From Zygnema circumcarinatum SAG 698-1b (lineage: Eukaryota > Plantae > Zygnematophyceae), in NCBI GenBank assembly GCA_037447605.1, contig CM074808.1, positions 3,658,001 through 3,722,000 of the forward strand: 64,000 bases of DNA. Reading direction: 5' to 3'. Within the stretch, counting starts at the first letter, position 1, and every line of letters begins with the position of its first letter. Under the pieces are notes generated by a model, which was not told the origin of the DNA, ran no database searches, and saw nothing but the letters and a program-made list of their open reading frames with translations. Made by a program: the position numbers and the translations under genes. Positions 59,901 through 64,000 of this stretch are shown here, in pieces.

Positions 59901-60590
59901 AACTTGATTTTAACATCAAGGAAACCTTTTTTTTTTTTCGTTTGAAGTTCGGTTGAAAATTTGAGGTTAAGTTAAAGGACGACATTGGATTGTTCGTTAT
60001 TTGATGCTGGAATTATGATTGAGGACAAATCGAGTCCTTTTTGAGATAATCAGGTTTATTTGCTAAAGTCATCATCAACTTTTTTATCCAAAACCAGGGG
60101 GAAGATCATTTCTGATTGCCCATAAAAATCACACAAATTTTCCAACATGCATAAAGCAGCTGCACTTGAACATGATAAGGATGATATGTGATTATATGTG
60201 GTCGGCTGTATAGGGGCCCACCTCATTCTCAGTACCCTGCCACGTGTCTCCTGCCGCATCCTCCCAGCTGGCAAGCTCCCGTGCTACCACCGTAGCTTCC
60301 TCCTCTCCCTCACCCGCCAACTCGTTTCTCTCTCCCTCTCCCTCTCCCTCTCTCTCGTTCGCCCCCCTCATACTGTACCATTTAAGGGCCAACTGCTTCA
60401 AAGAACTGCTAACTGAGAAAGTCTCTTGGTCGGAGAACTTTTCCATGTCAGTTTCTGTTGGTTCGAAAGACCGGCTGTTGTGCTTTGGGTCGTTGGGCCA
60501 TTGAAAGAGGAAGGGGAGGTGTTGGTAGGAGAGTCTTGCTGACATCAGCAGGAGCGTGATGCAGAGAACAAACTGGGCTGCTGGCGTCAT
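51729..60590 (-). CDS. Secreted mosaic protein of about 1603 aa: SP, Pro/HPPG repeats, CBM14, papain C1A (Cys to Ser), PAN x2-3, extensin, EGF x2, LysM x4; 19 exons
   Basis: Manual exons (minus strand): 60590-60222, 59801-59208, 59052-58973, 58760-58423, 58253-58003, 57861-57715, 57513-57279, 57129-57049, 56923-56870, 56721-56395, 56228-55992, 55698-55386, 55276-54462, 54226-54077, 53917-53805, 53443-53333, 53033-52932, 52772-52599, 52049-51729. All are GT-AG and phase-compatible; total 4812 nt. The exon 1-2 junction is the least secure. Confidence 0.72.
54077..54630 (-). other. Two EGF-like domains within the mosaic gene
   Basis: C-x9-C-GGGR-C...YTCDCPEGY...C and C-x7-C-GIGT-C...YICTCPEE...C six-cysteine patterns. 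Confidence 0.85.
55386..56721 (-). other. Two clear and one possible PAN/apple domains within the mosaic gene
   Basis: [15 protein letters not shown]...ECYL; [17 protein letters not shown]...ECIF; a third weaker NQLCYGFE...GC. Confidence 0.7.
57279..58480 (-). other. Papain-family (C1A) domain with Ser at the catalytic Cys position
   Basis: LPAVVDWR...RNQMEC|AASWAYS; LSVEELIDC; [12 protein letters not shown]; AVANQPV; [10 protein letters not shown]; [20 protein letters not shown]. Confidence 0.9.
58643..59034 (-). other. CBM14 / peritrophin-A type chitin-binding domain split over two exons
   Basis: Spliced product [59 protein letters not shown] fits the six-Cys chitin-binding type 2 spacing (C2-x5-C3, CP..L.F....C). 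Confidence 0.75.
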
Positions 60591-61869
60591 CTTATTTCTC
60601 AGTAGAGAAGCTCCGAGCTGGAACTGAACTGCAACTAAATTTAACGGATTTTTGGCGCTGGGAAGGGACGTTCCTGCTCAGTTGATTGACCTGCGCAGAA
60701 AGGTTCAGAGAATAGAATTAAGTGCAGGAAAAATACAGCTACAGAAAGAGTGAGAGACAATTTATTACTAAAAGTTTACAGTTTTCGTTGCTTTGACATT
60801 TTTCCTCAATCTCTTCTTCTGCCAGCTCTTTCCTCCCTTTTGCTCTTCTTTCCCATCCCCTGCTGGGTCCCCTCCTCTCCTTCGGCCTCTCCCGCCCCTC
60901 CCATCTCACTCTCCCTGTTCCTCTTCCTTCCCTTTTCCCTCCCTCACCGGGCTCCCTCCTCCTCCTCCTCCTCCCTCCTCCTGTCTCTCGCCTTCCCTTC
61001 TACCTTTCCCCTTACCTGCCCCCTCCCCCTCCCCCTCTCCCTCTCCCTCTCCGCGCTCCAAAATGCCCCTTGAAACACTGCTAAAGCCCAATTTTGAGCT
61101 GAACATTTTCTGAAGATAAAAGTTGACTACAAACATTCAGGAGCTCAGAATGAGGAAGAAAACGAAAAATGACTTCCAGAGCTTATGATCTGCAAAGTGA
61201 TGTAGTTTTCTCCTGGAAAGACCCCAGCAGAAAAAGACTAGCCGAGGTGGCTCTAGTGAGAAAGAAAGGAAAGAGCCCGTGGGAAAGCTGGCAAGGAGGC
61301 CGTAAGAAGCAACGGAACTGATGGGTTCTATGGAGAGAGGATATGAAAGAAGGAGAGGTAGAGCCACATTGAGGAGGAGAGGGAGGGAGAGGAGCAAGGA
61401 GGGGGGAGAAGACGCCAGTACAAGAGAAAGGAGAAAGTGGGAGACAGGCAGACATGCAAAAGGACAGACACGGTGAGGGAGAGAGAGAGAGAAAGAGAGG
61501 GAGAGAAAGCGAATTTTCCTCCTACCTTTACCTGACAGCTCTGGAGGACACCCACGTCTGCGATAGAAGACGGGTCTAATTTCCCTCTTCTAAAAAGGCA
61601 GAAAAAGAGAGAGAATAAGAGAAAGAGTGGGAGAGAGAGAGAGAGGAAGTAGAAAGAGAAGGAGAGTGGGAGAAGGGGTGAGAGAGGCTTCAAGAGAGAG
61701 ATTCCAGGCCTTAATTTTCTAACTATTAAAATCTGCTTCTCTCATTAGTTGTCTGATGCGCCGAATGGAGGAACGGAGGGCGGCCGTTGGCCGGCCATCC
61801 AAAGGGAAGCCAAAAAACTAGCCGTTGGAAGGAGCCGGTCCGGACAAGGCGCCGCCGGATGCGGCCAAC

Positions 61870-62500
61870 GGCGACATGGCCGAAAACCGACAAATCGTAC
61901 GCTGCAAAGAACTATCCGTACCATTTGGACGTACGGAGTCCGTACGGTTTTTGAAACGTTTCGCCGGCTTTGGCTTGCGCCGTCACTCCGACCAATCGCG
62001 TTCGTTCTTCACATGTCCAAACGATCTTGACCGTCAATCTCGTTCAATTGTACCAGTCAACGGCTCAAAAAAGTTGACTCAAGATTTTGTCCAGGCGATG
62101 TTTAGGACCCCTACAATACAAAAAAGAGATTCGCAGGTGCGAATACTGACCAATAGCAACATGTCATTGTCGTACGAATTTTTGTCCACACTGGAATTCG
62201 AACGAATGGCCTACTGCTATTGGTCAGTTTTCACACCTGCGAATCTATTTTTTGTATTGTAGCGGTCCTTAAGATCGCCTGTGGACGAAGATTTGAGTCA
62301 ACTTTTTGGAACCGTCGACTGGTAGGCTTTAATCAGATTGACGGTCAGGATCATTTATACGTGTAAAGGACGAACGCAATTGGTCGAGGGATGGCATAAG
62401 GCCAAAGCCGGCAAAACGTTTCAAAAACCGTACGAGTACGTAAAAACGGTACGAACAGCACTTTTTGCAGCGTACGATTTGTCGTTTTTTGCCAAGGCGG
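61870..62500. repeat. Long imperfect inverted repeat (arms about 290 bp, loop about 55 bp) plus a partial third arm at 62510-62670
   Basis: GACAAATCGTACGCTGCAAA / TTTGCAGCGTACGATTTGTC; TTTGAAACGTTT / AAACGTTTCAAA; ATTCGCAGGTG..CTGACCAATAGCA / TGCTATTGGTCAG..CACCTGCGAAT. Confidence 0.8.
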
Positions 62501-63439
62501 CACCATTTCCTTTTGTAGCGGTCCTTAAGGACAAGGACAAGAATTTGGAGTCAACGTTTCTAGACCGTTGACTGGACTGGACCGGCGGCTGAGATCAGTC
62601 GCACGTGTAAAAAACAAACGCGATAGGTCGGAGGAATGGTTTAAAAAAAAACGTTCCGTACGGTTTTGGCGGCACTAGGAAGAGTTCTTTCTTGGAGTCG
62701 GAAATATAAAAATAAAATGAACATCGCAAAATTGCGCGTTCCATGGTCCAAATTTTGCGAACTGGTTCAAAGCTCCGGAGTCGCAAACTGGGGCGGAAAA
62801 GTTTGCAACTTTGAAACCAAGTTTTTTAACTCGCTCCAACTTGTTTGAACGACAACCGTTCACACGTGCAAGATGACGTCGTCCGAGTTGGACTGCGTCA
62901 GCAAAAATTGAAGGACTGAGAAATGCATGGGACTGGACACAGTTGAACTGCTAGTTTTACGAACATGTGAACGTTCTGTAACACGGTGGCCTGCACATGC
63001 GTAGGCGCGTCGACGTGACACCAGAGCTTTTGAGAACGCTCTACGGCGCTCTATGCTCTTCGAAACGTACCGGTTCCTTGTCGCCACCTAGAACTAGTTC
63101 AGTTCCCCGTTCGGGCCGTAGCTCCCATTGAAGGGTTACCTCTCTTTCGCTCGCTCTCAGACGGCCTCAACATCGCTAGTATGGCAGCAGAGCACACACT
63201 CATCGACGGCGAGCAAAAGGTGCATTATGCAGGTCTGCATGGCCGGCGGCATGAAGGCCCCAAAAGACAGAGTGCGTCGATGAAAACCACACAACCTTCG
63301 GTAACAGAATCGGCTTGAAAATCACAGCCTTTATCACTAGGAACAACTATGGGTCTATGGCCTATGACATGCGGCACATGCATGCCCATGCCCCCATGCC
63401 TATCCCCCCATGCCAGCACTCAGACCCTCCATGGTATGC

Positions 63440-64000
63440 CTAAATCGTGGCATCGAGGCATGTAGCCGTACCCAGCCCTTGCCGCATCCGCACGACGTCT
63501 TCAGTAAAGCTCGAATTCCTTGATCCAAAGAATGCTGCTCCCAAGGCCAGCACGACTGCGTCTAGACCTTCAACCGCTTGCTCCCGTGTTGCCCATTTTT
63601 TTCTCCTCAGAGCCCAGTTCCATTGCTCGGTGTTCGCAACGTTACGACTTAAGAAGGCGAGCCTCCTTTCCGTTAGAGCCTGTCCCCAATGGATGGCGCC
63701 ACACAGTCAAGGAGAGCTCGATTACTTAGGCTGCAAGTCAAGCGTCTGCGGATGTAAGGAAAGGAGATTTTGTGAAAAATGGGCAGTTCTCTATACAACA
63801 TTCAGTAGCTACTTCAGTGCCTGGTATCAAGAGAAGGAGGGGGAGAGAGGGAGTAGATGTTCCTGTTAAGAAAATAGGTTTCGATCCGATCAGAATGCCA
63901 TAATACATGTGCTGCTTTGGAAGGTCTGGGTGGATAGGACCTTTACCGTAACAAGTTTACGAAAGTTGTCGATCAGTTCCGTTGGCATGTCCGTTGCCAT
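63440..64000 (-). CDS. 3' end of a second O-fucosyltransferase-family gene (last exon 63440-63679; previous exon ends 63947; runs off the window)
   Basis: MATDMPTELIDNFRKLVT|ALTERRLAFL...WATREQAVEGLDAVVLALGAAFFGSRNSSFTEDVVRMRQGLGTATCLD* parallels YLATNGGKDELEYFQAA|ASAHG...GRAFTGARGSTFSEHIVRLRAAAGTATCWD, with the same last intron position. Not in the supplied ORF track. Confidence 0.75.

Noticed and set aside
60600-61700. Separate gene or extra coding exons upstream of the mosaic gene
   Set aside because: Some splice-like signals exist, but the ORFs are short and low-complexity; at most 5' UTR exons.
1-64000. rRNA, tRNA, snRNA genes
   Set aside because: No recognisable conserved sequence or cloverleaf was found by eye; a tRNAscan/Rfam run is needed to exclude them fully.

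Overview
Intron-rich eukaryotic nuclear DNA from a green-plant-lineage genome. A streptophyte alga is inferred from the XTH, nuclear ycf33, plant-type RNR1 and TTTAGGG telo-boxes; the species cannot be determined. Left to right: two tandem ARM-repeat genes, ycf33, an ARMH3/C10orf76-like gene, RNR1, an O-fucosyltransferase-family gene, an XTH with an extensin-like tail, a five-element nest of DNA transposon derivatives (Tc1/mariner-like MITEs, MULE-like foldback, hAT deletion derivative), two tandem acid-lipase-like genes with the nucleophile Ser replaced by Asn, a single-exon pseudokinase, and the 3' end of a second O-fucosyltransferase. The standout is a 19-exon minus-strand gene (51729-60590) assembled by hand with phase-compatible GT-AG junctions throughout. 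It encodes an approximately 1600-aa secreted mosaic: signal peptide, HPPGVG repeats/Pro-rich, CBM14 chitin-binding domain, papain-fold domain with catalytic Cys changed to Ser, 2-3 PAN/apple domains, SPn extensin rod, 2 EGF, 4 LysM. No rRNA, tRNA or CRISPR was recognised. Gene models and domain calls are manual, with no database search or RNA evidence.
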